41,485 nt of DNA, taken from positions 1 to 41,485 of the forward strand of contig DATFGK010000105.1 of NCBI GenBank assembly GCA_035249485.1, read 5' to 3'. The DNA comes from Actinomycetota bacterium. Its GTDB lineage: Bacteria > Actinomycetota > AC-67. How positions within the stretch are numbered: the first letter of the stretch is position 1; the number at the start of each line of letters is the position of its first letter. The position numbers and the translations under genes are program-made. Positions 9,870 to 18,323 of this stretch are shown here, in pieces. The notes below the pieces were generated by a model. It did not search any database. It saw only the letters and a program-made list of their open reading frames with translations, and was not told where the DNA came from.

Positions 9870-9898
9870 ATTCTGCCAGCGCCGGTAGCCAGTGTCAA
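9870..9898 (-). promoter_or_regulatory. Candidate sigma-70-type promoter of the ilv leader (TTGACA-N17-CAGAAT with an extended -10 TGn)
   Basis: The minus strand reads ggTTGACActggctaccggcgcTGgCAGAATccgcgcactATG. The -35 is a perfect TTGACA at 9893-9898 and the -10 is at 9870-9875. The predicted TSS is about 3 nt before the leader ATG, so the transcript would be nearly leaderless. Confidence 0.45.
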
Positions 9899-9914
9899 CC
9901 TGTATCGCCGCAGG

Positions 9915-10310
9915 TCACGCCGTGTTCCGGGCTGGGGGCACATCGCCGAGCGCACGCTCGACGGCCTCGAGAGCCTCTCTCGTGTCGTAGCCAAGCTGCC
10001 TGGCCCCGACCGCGAACGCGTGGGCGGCCTGATCGAGTAACCCCCGTGTTTCCTTGGTGGGCTGCCGACGAGGACTGCCGACGACGAACGAACCGTGGCG
10101 ACCTCTCGTCGCGATCACGCCCGTGTCTTCCAGTTCACGGTACGCTCGTGCAACGGTCCCACCGGCCAGCCCAAGATCATCGGCCAACTGCCGGATCGGC
10201 GGAAGGCGAGTCTCGGCAGGAAGCGTTCCCGTTGCGACCATGCTCGCGATCTGCGACCGGATCTGCTCGTAGGGCGGGATCGGCGCTTCCGGATCGACGC
10301 TCAGGATCAC
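9915..10310 (-). CDS. GntR-family transcriptional regulator, short YtrA-like subfamily
   Basis: PPYEQIRSQIASMVATGTLPAETRLPPIRQLADDLGLAGGTVARAYRELEDTGVIATRGRHGSFV is the GntR winged-HTH domain, about 131 aa in total. The GTG start at 10310 overlaps the upstream stop (GTGA). Confidence 0.85.
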   Translation of the reverse strand: MILSVDPEAPIPPYEQIRSQIASMVATGTLPAETRLPPIRQLADDLGLAGGTVARAYRELEDTGVIATRGRHGSFVVGSPRRQPTKETRGLLDQAAHAFAVGARQLGYDTREALEAVERALGDVPPARNTA

Positions 10311-11308
10311 GCGGTGCTCGCTTTCATCGCGGCATTGCGCCGCACGATCCATGGCTGATCGATACCGAGGTACAGCCAAGCGAAGGGCGTAGCGACGGCC
10401 GCGAAGACCATCACAACGACGAAGGGCATCTGGACCCAATCGGGATTCAGGAAGCCTTGAAGCTCACTCAGATTCCGGGCGAGACTTCCGAGGAGCAACG
10501 CCAATCCGGCTCCGAACAATCCGTGAAGCGCGGTCGAGCGGATCGCGTCGTCGACGTCGATGTGCGCTCCCGAGACCACCGGCTGGGGACGGCGAACGAT
10601 CCGTCTCGCGGTGGCCTCGATGAAGAGCGCGAGAATGACAGACGCGATCGTCCATCCGATAACCGAACCGATATCGGCTTCGGCTCCCCTTCCAGTTTCC
10701 CCTATGTAGAACGAACCCCGTCGGTTGTCGGCGGCATCACGAACGAGCGGCCATGTCGCGACTGCGAGCACCGTCAGGACCGGCACGAGCCGAAGGCCGA
10801 CGACCGCGAAACCGGGGACGTAATCGGTGAGCTTGCGGGGGGCGAGCGATGCCGCGCGTACCCGACCCGGCTGCGGGCGGAGCGTCCAGATCTCAGCCGC
10901 CGCGGCGCCCAAGAGATATCCGCCGAACGTCGCCGTGATCCATCCGAACGGCAGCTCGTCGTGGGTGACCATCCCGTAGATCGTGTAGCCGAGGTACCCG
11001 CCGAGCGCTCCAGCCGTTCGCATCCGTCGGCCGTGGAGCAAGTATCGCTTGACGACCTCGCGGTTTGCCTCGTTGATCGTCACACCATGAGCTTTGCTCC
11101 ATCTCGCCAGGTAGTCGTCGGGCAGCGTGAACCCCGGGATGACGACGAGGGCAACGATGAGGACGAACGGGACCGAGAGGGCGACATACATCCCCCAGCT
11201 GCCCGGGATCAGGAGAGCGGAACCGAGCATCACGCCGATGGTCCCGAGAAGTATCGCGAGGAACTTCAAGAAGCTTCGTGTCTTGGAGCGTCTGGCCACG
11301 GAACCCAC
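10307..11308 (-). CDS. Polytopic membrane protein of unknown function, co-transcribed with the YtrA-like regulator
   Basis: 333 aa with several hydrophobic segments (FLKFLAILLGTIGVMLGSALLI, VPFVLIVALVVIPGF, VVGLRLVPVLTVLAVA, FVVVMVFAAVATPFAWLYLG). GTG start at 11308. I recognise no family. Confidence 0.7.
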   Translation of the reverse strand: MGSVARRSKTRSFLKFLAILLGTIGVMLGSALLIPGSWGMYVALSVPFVLIVALVVIPGFTLPDDYLARWSKAHGVTINEANREVVKRYLLHGRRMRTAGALGGYLGYTIYGMVTHDELPFGWITATFGGYLLGAAAAEIWTLRPQPGRVRAASLAPRKLTDYVPGFAVVGLRLVPVLTVLAVATWPLVRDAADNRRGSFYIGETGRGAEADIGSVIGWTIASVILALFIEATARRIVRRPQPVVSGAHIDVDDAIRSTALHGLFGAGLALLLGSLARNLSELQGFLNPDWVQMPFVVVMVFAAVATPFAWLYLGIDQPWIVRRNAAMKASTA

Positions 11309-11317
11309 CCCCCGGCT

Positions 11318-11351
11318 GTTTGTATCAACGCCTCAATACAATAATACAAAC
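11318..11351 (-). promoter_or_regulatory. Candidate GntR/YtrA operator overlapping the promoter
   Basis: An unusually AT-rich patch, GTTTGTATcaacgcctcaATACAAtaATACAAAC. GTTTGTAT and ATACAAAC form an inverted repeat, with an extra ATACAA direct repeat. It lies 10-40 nt upstream of the GTG start at 11308. The GT..AC core resembles GntR-family operators. Confidence 0.4.
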
Positions 11352-11404
11352 CCGATGGGTGTCAAGTCCTAATTTGTGAGGTCCGTCCCCGGCGGTCGGG
11401 TGCG

Positions 11405-12244
11405 CTACATATCAGGCCGCGCCAGGACCCCGATGTGGCCCGGCCCGACATGCCCGGTGAGCAGCTTCGCGAGCATGACGCGCCGAAGCGCGATCCCGCC
11501 GACCCGCCAGCCGGCCCGACGGACGCGTTTCATCGTCGGGATGATCCCACGCGCGCCGAAGCCCGCTCCCATCTCGAGCGCGTATCGCTTGCCTTCCGTC
11601 ACGACCTCGTACCCCGCGACCTCGAGCGCACGCAGGAGCCCGAACCTGTTCATCTGGAACCACTGATCCTGGACGCCTCGCAGCTCGAATAGCGCACGCC
11701 GCGGGTGACGGATGCTGAGCCACGGATCGACGCCTTCGGTCGCCAGCAGCTGTCCCGCGCAAACCTCCCGCATCCGCTCGAGTGCGCGGATCGGGTCGCG
11801 CAGATGCGTGAGGATGCTCCCGCAGACGATCAGATCGAAGAAGCCGACCCGTTCCGGCGACAGGTCGTAAACGTTGCACGCGACACGCTGGACATTCGAG
11901 CCGAGGACTTCCTTGGCGAGCTTGAAGCCTTTCCCGCGCTCGGTGCCGGCCTTCTCGATGAGCGCCTTCGGACCGCTCTCGCGCATGCGCGCCGGCCAGT
12001 CGAGCGTCTCGTAGTCGTCGATGTCGAGCGCAACGACCTCGGCGGCGCCGCGGCGTTCCATCTCGAACGCGAGGAACCCGTCGAACGTTCCGACGTCGAG
12101 ACAGCGCTTGCCGCGCAGGTCCGGCCACGGGATCTTGTCGACGACCGGGCGGTAGTCGTAGAAGCCCGGCGTCACGATCCCGTCGCCGAGATCGATCGTG
12201 TGGTACCAGGTGTGAGAGTTGACTTTCTCGAGCAGATCGTCCAC
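11405..12244 (-). CDS. Class I SAM-dependent methyltransferase (DUF1698/CmoB-like N-terminal WYHxIDL motif)
   Basis: ...NSHTWYHTIDLGDGIVTPGFYDYR...KRCLDVGTFDGFLAFEMERRGAAEVVALDID. I prefer the GTG start at 12244 (GGAG 5 nt upstream) over the ORF-track start at 12304, which has no RBS and lower GC3. Confidence 0.78.
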   Translation of the reverse strand: MDDLLEKVNSHTWYHTIDLGDGIVTPGFYDYRPVVDKIPWPDLRGKRCLDVGTFDGFLAFEMERRGAAEVVALDIDDYETLDWPARMRESGPKALIEKAGTERGKGFKLAKEVLGSNVQRVACNVYDLSPERVGFFDLIVCGSILTHLRDPIRALERMREVCAGQLLATEGVDPWLSIRHPRRALFELRGVQDQWFQMNRFGLLRALEVAGYEVVTEGKRYALEMGAGFGARGIIPTMKRVRRAGWRVGGIALRRVMLAKLLTGHVGPGHIGVLARPDM

Positions 12245-12355
12245 GACGACTCCGATGCGATCGACGTCGGCCCAACAACGGTGGATCGGAGCGAGTCTGC
12301 GCACTTTGTCGCAGAATCCGGATCGGCGCTAGGAGACGAATGCCACACTTCGAGT

Positions 12356-12391
12356 AAACCACCAACAAACGCGCCGACTATTTTCTGTCGG
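12356..12391 (-). terminator. Weak candidate terminator downstream of ilvD
   Basis: The minus strand reads CCGAC-agaaaata-GTCGG followed by a T-rich tail, cgcgTTTGTTGGTGGTTT. The stem is only 5 bp. Confidence 0.25.
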
Positions 12392-12471
12392 GAAAGTCGC
12401 TCGCATCACTCGGACCGTATCCGGTGGGGCAAATCAGGCACTACGTGAGGCGCGGAACGAGCGGTTTGGGC

Positions 12472-14160
12472 TCAGCCGCAGACGGCGCCGTGGCTGGCGT
12501 CGGAGACGAGACGCGCGTACTTCGCCAGCGCGCCCGTCGTGTAGCGCGGCGGCGGCGGCGACCACTCCCCCATCCGTCGCTGAAGCTCCTCGGCCGAGAC
12601 GTCCACGTCGAGCTTCCGGTTCGGGATGTCGAGCACGATGGTGTCGCCCTCGTGCACGAGCGCGATCGGTCCGCCGTCGGTGGCCTCGGGGACGATGTGA
12701 GCGACCATGTTGCCGTGTGTCGCGCCGGAGAACCGGCCGTCGGTGATGAGGCAGACGTGATCGCCGAGCCCCGCGCCGTTCACGGCGCTGGTGACGGCGA
12801 GCATCTCGCGCATCCCGGGGCCGCCGCGGGGACCTTCGTACCGGATGACGATGACGTCCCCCGGGTTGATGCCGCCGTGCGTCACGGCGTCGAACGCATC
12901 TTCCTCGCGATCGAACACACGTGCCGGTCCCTTGAAGACGCGATCGTGGAGTCCGGCCATCTTCGCGACGCATCCGTCCGGGGCCAGCGTCCCGCGGAGG
13001 ATCGCGAAACCGCCCGTCGGCGAGATCGGCTCCGCGATCGTCTTCACGACGTCCTCATTCGTAGGATGGCCGACGCTCGCGAGGTTCTCCGCCACCGTCT
13101 TGCCGGTGACAGTCAATGCGTCGCCGTCGATCATCCCGGCGTCGAGCAGCTCGCGCATGATCGCCGGCACGCCGCCGCAGCGATCGACGTCGAGCATCAC
13201 GAACCGTCCCCAGGGCTTCATGTCGGCGATGATCGGGGTCTTCCGTGCGATGCGGTCGAAGTCGTCGACCTCGAGCGGCGCGCCGACCTCGTGCGCGATC
13301 GCGAGCAGGTGCAGCACGGCGTTGGTCGATCCACCGCACGCCACCACGACCGTGATCGCGTTCTCCAAGGCGGCCTTCGTGATGATGTCGCGCGGCGTGA
13401 TTCCTTGCTCGAGCAGCCCCATCACCGCCTCGCCGCTTGCGCGGGCGAACTCCGCGCGCCGCGGATCGACGGACGCGGGGCTCGCGCTACCGGGCAGCGA
13501 GACGCCGAGCGCTTCCAGGGCCGTTGCCATCGTGTTCGCGGTGAACATCCCGCCGCACGAGCCGGCGCCGGGACACGCGTTGCGCTCGAGCTCGAGCAGC
13601 TCCTCGTCGCTCATCGTTCCGGCGGCGTGCGCACCGACGCCCTCGAACACGTCCTGGATCGTGACGTCCTTCCCTCGATACTGGCCGGGGAGGATCGTTC
13701 CGCCGTAGAGGAAGACGCTGGGCAGGTTCAGCCGCGCGGCTCCCATCACCATGCCCGGCAACGACTTGTCGCATCCGGCGATCGTCACGAGCCCGTCGAA
13801 GCGTTCCGCGTGCGCGACGAGCTCGACGGAGTCGGCGATGACCTCGCGGCTCACGAGCGAGGCGCGCATCCCTTCGTGCCCCATGGCGATCCCATCCGAG
13901 ACGGACATCGTCATGAACTCGACCGGGACGGCGCCTGCCGCGCGCGCCCCGGCTTTCGCCTGTTGCGCGAGCGCGGCGAGCCCGTAGTTGCACGGCGTGA
14001 CCTCGTTCCAGGATGAGGCGACCCCCACCTGCGGCTTGCCGAAGTCGTCCTCGCTGAACCCCACGGCGCGGAGCATCGCCCGCGCAGGAGCGCGCTGCGG
14101 GCCCTCGGTGACGTCGCGGCTGCGGTGCCGGGGATCGGCCTTCGTGGTCTTGGAAGCCAT
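12472..14160 (-). CDS. ilvD: Dihydroxy-acid dehydratase
   Basis: [35 protein letters not shown]...[12 protein letters not shown]...[16 protein letters not shown]...[12 protein letters not shown] is the canonical IlvD sequence, 562 aa. The ORF-track extension to 15252 is rejected. Confidence 0.97.
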   Translation of the reverse strand: MASKTTKADPRHRSRDVTEGPQRAPARAMLRAVGFSEDDFGKPQVGVASSWNEVTPCNYGLAALAQQAKAGARAAGAVPVEFMTMSVSDGIAMGHEGMRASLVSREVIADSVELVAHAERFDGLVTIAGCDKSLPGMVMGAARLNLPSVFLYGGTILPGQYRGKDVTIQDVFEGVGAHAAGTMSDEELLELERNACPGAGSCGGMFTANTMATALEALGVSLPGSASPASVDPRRAEFARASGEAVMGLLEQGITPRDIITKAALENAITVVVACGGSTNAVLHLLAIAHEVGAPLEVDDFDRIARKTPIIADMKPWGRFVMLDVDRCGGVPAIMRELLDAGMIDGDALTVTGKTVAENLASVGHPTNEDVVKTIAEPISPTGGFAILRGTLAPDGCVAKMAGLHDRVFKGPARVFDREEDAFDAVTHGGINPGDVIVIRYEGPRGGPGMREMLAVTSAVNGAGLGDHVCLITDGRFSGATHGNMVAHIVPEATDGGPIALVHEGDTIVLDIPNRKLDVDVSAEELQRRMGEWSPPPPRYTTGALAKYARLVSDASHGAVCG

Positions 14161-14170
14161 AGCGCGCGAA

Positions 14171-14199
14171 AGGATACCGCTCCCCAGGAGGAATATCCT
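14171..14199. promoter_or_regulatory. Nested imperfect palindrome in the 45-nt ilvD/lipoprotein divergent spacer
   Basis: AGGATAccgCTCCccaGGAGgaaTATCCT: outer arms AGGATA/TATCCT and inner arms CTCC/GGAG. It includes the AGGAGG Shine-Dalgarno of the plus-strand gene. Confidence 0.3.
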
Positions 14200-14205
14200 G
14201 AGCAC

Positions 14206-15171
14206 ATGTTCACCCGCCGATCGGCGACAGGCCTCGTGGCCGCCGCGTTGCTGGTCCTCGCATCGTGCGACCCCGGCTCGATACGACCGATCGACACACT
14301 CGAGCAAGTGGACGGTCCCGAGATCGACCTGTACATCAGGAGCCACGGCGAGGACACGATCGAGGTCTACCTGGACGGATCCGCCTCCGACCGTCGGCAG
14401 ATCGCGGAAGCAACGGCGGCCTGGCTCGGTTTCTCCGGCCGGATCGCGCACGAGAACGAGTTCTTCCCCGACACGGCGACGGTCGAGCTCGGCGATCGTC
14501 TGATCGAGCCGGGCGTCGGAGACGAGTGGGTTCTCGATCTCGATACGGGACGCCTGCTGTCGCTCCTCCGGACGACCGGATACGACGAGGCGTCGCTCGT
14601 GCTGTGCACCCCCTCCGTCGAGACGCGGCTGCGCGCCTCGCGGCCACCCGACATCGACCTCTTCGGGACGGTCTGCGAATTCCACGGGATCGGCTGGACG
14701 ATCTCCAGCGCCGACCAGCCGCTGCGTGTTCGCGCGACGTTCCTTCCGGAACCCGCGCATTACCTCGCGTATGCGGCCGGCACGCTTCTCGGCTCGATCC
14801 TCATCGGGGCGCTCGCGTGGTGGCTCGGGGACCGGCTCCGGCGCGGACCTTTCCGCCGTCGTTCGGGCGCGAGCGTCGCCATCGGGCTCATCGGCGGCGG
14901 CATCGCCGCGATCGGCCTCGCCGCGCTCACCGCCGGGATCGGCGCCGTCGCGGGTCCGGCCGACAACCTCGCGCTGTCTCGAGACCTCACCGTGGGAGGG
15001 TTCGTCCAGGCGACCCTCTACCCCGCGTTGATCGCCGCCGGGCCCGGCATCATCTTCATGCTCATGCTCGTCCGGCGACGGCCCTGGTCGGACGAGGATG
15101 CGCTGCCGCCGATGCCGGTTGGAACGCCGGGGTCTGCGGGTCCGCCGCCGCTGCCGTGGACGGCCGGCTGA
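14206..15171 (+). CDS. Probable lipoprotein with C-terminal transmembrane segments and a Pro-rich tail
   Basis: [24 protein letters not shown] has a signal peptide and an LASC lipobox. The C-terminal half carries hydrophobic helices ([53 protein letters not shown]). AGGAGG lies upstream of the ATG at 14206. Confidence 0.65.
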   Translation: MFTRRSATGLVAAALLVLASCDPGSIRPIDTLEQVDGPEIDLYIRSHGEDTIEVYLDGSASDRRQIAEATAAWLGFSGRIAHENEFFPDTATVELGDRLIEPGVGDEWVLDLDTGRLLSLLRTTGYDEASLVLCTPSVETRLRASRPPDIDLFGTVCEFHGIGWTISSADQPLRVRATFLPEPAHYLAYAAGTLLGSILIGALAWWLGDRLRRGPFRRRSGASVAIGLIGGGIAAIGLAALTAGIGAVAGPADNLALSRDLTVGGFVQATLYPALIAAGPGIIFMLMLVRRRPWSDEDALPPMPVGTPGSAGPPPLPWTAG

Positions 15172-15175
15172 TCGC

Positions 15176-15895
15176 CTAAACGGGAGGTGCCGGCGGTCCG
15201 GCGGGCGCCGCCGGAGGAGGCATGGCTCCTTCGACTTCGATGCCGAGACCACGGATCAACGCGTCCTCGACCGCCGCGTCGTCGTCGAAGTGGCCGTTGC
15301 CGTCCATCATCGTCACGTAACGCCAGTAGAGCGTGGAGATCCCCAATGTGACGATCGACAGCAAGACGTAGAGTCCCGTGCTGCGATCACGGACCGGCTG
15401 CCGGCGCTGCGGGACCTGGACCGGATACCCGAGCCGGCTCATGACCCACTCCGTGTTCGCAGCGAACGACGCTTCCCACTCGTCGTAGAAGCGCAGATCC
15501 TTGTTCAGGAAGTGATTGATGTACGCGCCGACGACGGTCACGACGAGGCGGAGGATCATCCACAGGACCGGCTCGCGTTTGTTGCGGCGCTCGAAGGCCT
15601 CCATCTGCTGATAGATGCGAGAGAGGTTGTCGAGCCCCTCCTGCACCTCTTCCTTCTTGCCGAGTGCCTCGGCACGCGCGTTGAGGGCGTGCCACAGGTA
15701 GGACTGGAACGCGAGTCGGCGTTGGGCGTGCAGGTGTCGGCGCTCGACGAGCTTGTAGGTCCCGTAGGCCGAATAGATGCCGAACGTTAGGATCGTCCAG
15801 CCGAGGTACGTCCAGTAGCTGAAGCGATAGTCCGTCGTCTCACGGCGACGCACCTCCGCGAGGACGAGCTGCTCGTACGTAACTTGCTGGCTCAT
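15176..15895 (-). CDS. Membrane protein with two DUF4234-like (T.GIY..Y) segments and a Pro-rich tail
   Basis: 239 aa. [19 protein letters not shown] and [17 protein letters not shown] resemble DUF4234 helices. The C-terminus is [14 protein letters not shown]. Confidence 0.6.
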   Translation of the reverse strand: MSQQVTYEQLVLAEVRRRETTDYRFSYWTYLGWTILTFGIYSAYGTYKLVERRHLHAQRRLAFQSYLWHALNARAEALGKKEEVQEGLDNLSRIYQQMEAFERRNKREPVLWMILRLVVTVVGAYINHFLNKDLRFYDEWEASFAANTEWVMSRLGYPVQVPQRRQPVRDRSTGLYVLLSIVTLGISTLYWRYVTMMDGNGHFDDDAAVEDALIRGLGIEVEGAMPPPAAPAGPPAPPV

Positions 15896-15904
15896 GGCCC
15901 TAGA

Positions 15905-16108
15905 TTAGAGCTGTGCCCGGCACCAGGCACAAGTCTTCGGCGGAGCGAGCCGCGCGTCGAAGACGGTCGGTCGGTGACAGCGCCAGCATCGGATCGTCTC
16001 GACCTTCGAATGCGTCGCGGCAGGAGGCGTCGGAGCGGAGTAGCTCTCCAGCAGCAGCCCGAGCTCCGCCTCGCGCTCCTCCTCGTGACGCTTGCGGAAG
16101 ATCCCCAT
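15905..16108 (-). CDS. Small zinc-ribbon protein (CxxC-N17-CxxC)
   Basis: 67 aa, ...ETIRCWRCHRPTVFDARLAPPKTCAWCRAQL. GGGGG lies about 7 nt upstream of the ATG. It sits 9 nt upstream of the next gene and 54 nt downstream of gatB. Confidence 0.5.
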   Translation of the reverse strand: MGIFRKRHEEEREAELGLLLESYSAPTPPAATHSKVETIRCWRCHRPTVFDARLAPPKTCAWCRAQL

Positions 16109-16162
16109 CGTGCACCCCCACGACGAGGCTAGACCTTTGGGGGACGAAAGGGAAGTGCGGGA

Positions 16163-17617
16163 TCAGCCGCCGAGCGCTTCGCGGAGGAGGCGCTGCACGA
16201 CGTCGGGCTTCCCTTGACCCTTCAGCGCCTTCATCGCTTGCCCCATGAGGAAGCCGACCACTTTCTCCTCGCCGGCGCGGAACCGCTCGACCTCTTTCTG
16301 GTTCGCTGCGAGGACCTCGGCGATCGCCGCTTTGATCGGGCCTTCGTCGGAGACCTGAGCGAGACCACGCTCCGCGACCAGCGCGCTCGGATCGGTCCCG
16401 GCCTCGAACGCGTCCTGGAACACTTTCTTCGCGGTATTCAGGTTGATCGTTCCGTCGGACACGAGCTTGATCAGCGCAGCGAGGGCCGCGGCTTCGATCC
16501 GCGACTCGGCGATCCCGAGCCCGGCGGTGTTCAGCGCGCGCGCCAGCTCCCCCGCCATCCAGACCGCGGCGTCGCGCGGCGCGATCCCGGAAGCGAGCAG
16601 CCGCTCGAAGTAGGCGAGGCTCTCGGTCGAGGCTCCGACGGTCGCCGCCTGCTCGGCGGTCAGCTCGTGATCGGCGGCGAGCCGCTCTCGCCGGGCGCGA
16701 GGAAGCTCGGGCAGGCTCGCGCGGAGCCCCTCGATCCACTCCTTCTCCGGTTCGATCGGGACGAGGTCGGGCTCCGGGAAGTACCGGTAATCGAACGCCT
16801 CTTCCTTGGATCGCAAGGTGCTGGTGACGCCGGTTCCCTCGTCGAAGTGCCGCGTCTCCTGAACGAGCGGCTCGCCGGCGTCGAGCGCCTTGGTCTGGCG
16901 CTCGATCTCGAACACGAGCGCGCGTCCGACCGAGCGGATCGAGTTGAGGTTCTTGACCTCGACCTTGACGCCGAACCCTTCGCCGGGCTTGCGGAGCGAC
17001 ACGTTGGCGTCGCAGCGCATCGAGCCTTCCTCCATCCGGACGTCGGAGACGCCGAGGGCTTCCAGGATCCCGCGCAGCTCGGAGACGTAGCGCATCGCTT
17101 CGGCCGGGGAGCGGATGTCGGGCTCCGAGACGATCTCGACCAACGGGATGCCGGCGCGGTTGTAGTCGACGAGCGAGTACTTCGCCTCGGCGATACGGCC
17201 GGTCGCGCCGACGTGGAGCGTCTTGCCGGTGTCCTCCTCGAGGTGCACGCGCGTGATCCCGACCCGGCTCGACTCGCCGTCGACGGTCACGTCGAGCGCG
17301 CCGGCGACGCACAGCGGCAGGTCGTACTGCGAGATCTGATAGTTCTTCGGCATGTCGGGATAGAAGTAGTTCTTCCGGTGGAACAGCGAGTGCGGCGCGA
17401 TCTCGCAGCCGAGCGCAAGCCCGATCGCCATCGTGTACTCGATCGCCTTGCGGTTCGCGACGGGGAGCGAGCCGGGCTCGCCGAGGCAGACGGGACACGT
17501 CCGCGTGTTGGGCTCGCCGCCGAACGTCGTCTCGCAGCCGCAGAACATCTTCGACGCCGTCGCGAGCTCGACGTGGCACTCCAGCCCGATCACCGTCTGA
17601 TACCCGTTCGCGCTCAC
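16163..17617 (-). CDS. gatB: Asp-tRNA(Asn)/Glu-tRNA(Gln) amidotransferase subunit B
   Basis: VSANGYQTVIGLECHVELATASKMFCGCETTFGGEPNTRTCPVCLGEPGSLPV... is the canonical GatB sequence, 484 aa. The GTG start at 17617 overlaps the upstream TGA (GTGA). Confidence 0.96.
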   Translation of the reverse strand: MSANGYQTVIGLECHVELATASKMFCGCETTFGGEPNTRTCPVCLGEPGSLPVANRKAIEYTMAIGLALGCEIAPHSLFHRKNYFYPDMPKNYQISQYDLPLCVAGALDVTVDGESSRVGITRVHLEEDTGKTLHVGATGRIAEAKYSLVDYNRAGIPLVEIVSEPDIRSPAEAMRYVSELRGILEALGVSDVRMEEGSMRCDANVSLRKPGEGFGVKVEVKNLNSIRSVGRALVFEIERQTKALDAGEPLVQETRHFDEGTGVTSTLRSKEEAFDYRYFPEPDLVPIEPEKEWIEGLRASLPELPRARRERLAADHELTAEQAATVGASTESLAYFERLLASGIAPRDAAVWMAGELARALNTAGLGIAESRIEAAALAALIKLVSDGTINLNTAKKVFQDAFEAGTDPSALVAERGLAQVSDEGPIKAAIAEVLAANQKEVERFRAGEEKVVGFLMGQAMKALKGQGKPDVVQRLLREALGG

Positions 17618-17958
17618 GCGGCCTTCCTTCGGAGCCCGTAGTACTCGCGGATCTGCGGCCAGCTCTGGCTCGCGATGAGTGCGATCGCGATCGTGATCAC
17701 CGTTCCGATCGGCGGGATCAAGAGCAGCAGCGTGCACGCGACCAGCCCGGCGACCAGGCCGCCCGTCGTCGGCCGCGTTCCGAGGAACGCCATGATCGCG
17801 GTGAACAGCAAGATCCCCGCGATCACCGCCCAGATCTTCGCGAGCTCGTCGAACCCGAGGAGCGCGCCGATCCCGAACGCAACGAGCGAGAGCAACAGCG
17901 CAGCCCACCCGGCGAACCCCAGCACCCGGACCGGAAGCGGACGCGACTCGGAGGCCAC
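17614..17958 (-). CDS. Small 4-TM membrane protein (copy 2) between gatA and gatB
   Basis: 114 aa, [36 protein letters not shown]...IREYYGLRRKAA. The GTG start overlaps the upstream TAG by 1 nt (TAGTG) and the stop overlaps the gatB start. Confidence 0.6.
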   Translation of the reverse strand: MASESRPLPVRVLGFAGWAALLLSLVAFGIGALLGFDELAKIWAVIAGILLFTAIMAFLGTRPTTGGLVAGLVACTLLLLIPPIGTVITIAIALIASQSWPQIREYYGLRRKAA

Positions 17959-18323
17959 TACTCGCTCCCCTTCTCGTTCCGGTAATAGTCCTTGAGCTTG
18001 TCTTTGCTCGCCTTCAGCAAGAAGAACGCAACCGCGAGGAACGGCAGCGAGAACCACGGTGTCGCGAAGGCGAGCAGCAGCGCGAGGACGATCGCGCCGA
18101 TGAGACAGATGAACCCAAACATGTTCCGGATGCCGGCCAGAACCGCGACGACGCCCCAGCCGACCCCCATCACACCGATGATCTGGCCGAGGCACTCGAG
18201 CCCTTCGCAATCCAGACCGTCGATGAGGATCCAGGTTCCGAAAACGAGTGCGGCCGCGCCGATGAGCTGAACGACGCGCGTGAGTATGGGGACGGGCGGC
18301 TTCGGCCGGATCACCACGTTCAT
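17958..18323 (-). CDS. Small 4-TM membrane protein (copy 1) between gatA and gatB
   Basis: 121 aa, [34 protein letters not shown]...[12 protein letters not shown]. The ATG overlaps the gatA stop (ATGA). It has the same architecture and the same C-terminal [KR]-[DE]-Y-Y motif as copy 2. Confidence 0.6.
   Translation of the reverse strand: MNVVIRPKPPVPILTRVVQLIGAAALVFGTWILIDGLDCEGLECLGQIIGVMGVGWGVVAVLAGIRNMFGFICLIGAIVLALLLAFATPWFSLPFLAVAFFLLKASKDKLKDYYRNEKGSE

Noticed and set aside
12472-15252. N-terminal extensions of ORF-track entries: ilvD to 15252, gatB to 17908, the SRPBCC protein to 6646, ilvN to 7546, serA to 2744, mnmA to 23830, the amidase to 27078, the sulfotransferase to 35910, the acyltransferase to 36380, the lipoprotein to 40652 and the mp1 frame to 19781.
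   Set aside because: The extensions run through upstream genes and are Arg-rich junk. The family-typical N-terminus begins at an internal ATG/GTG that has an RBS or a 1-4 nt overlap with the preceding stop.
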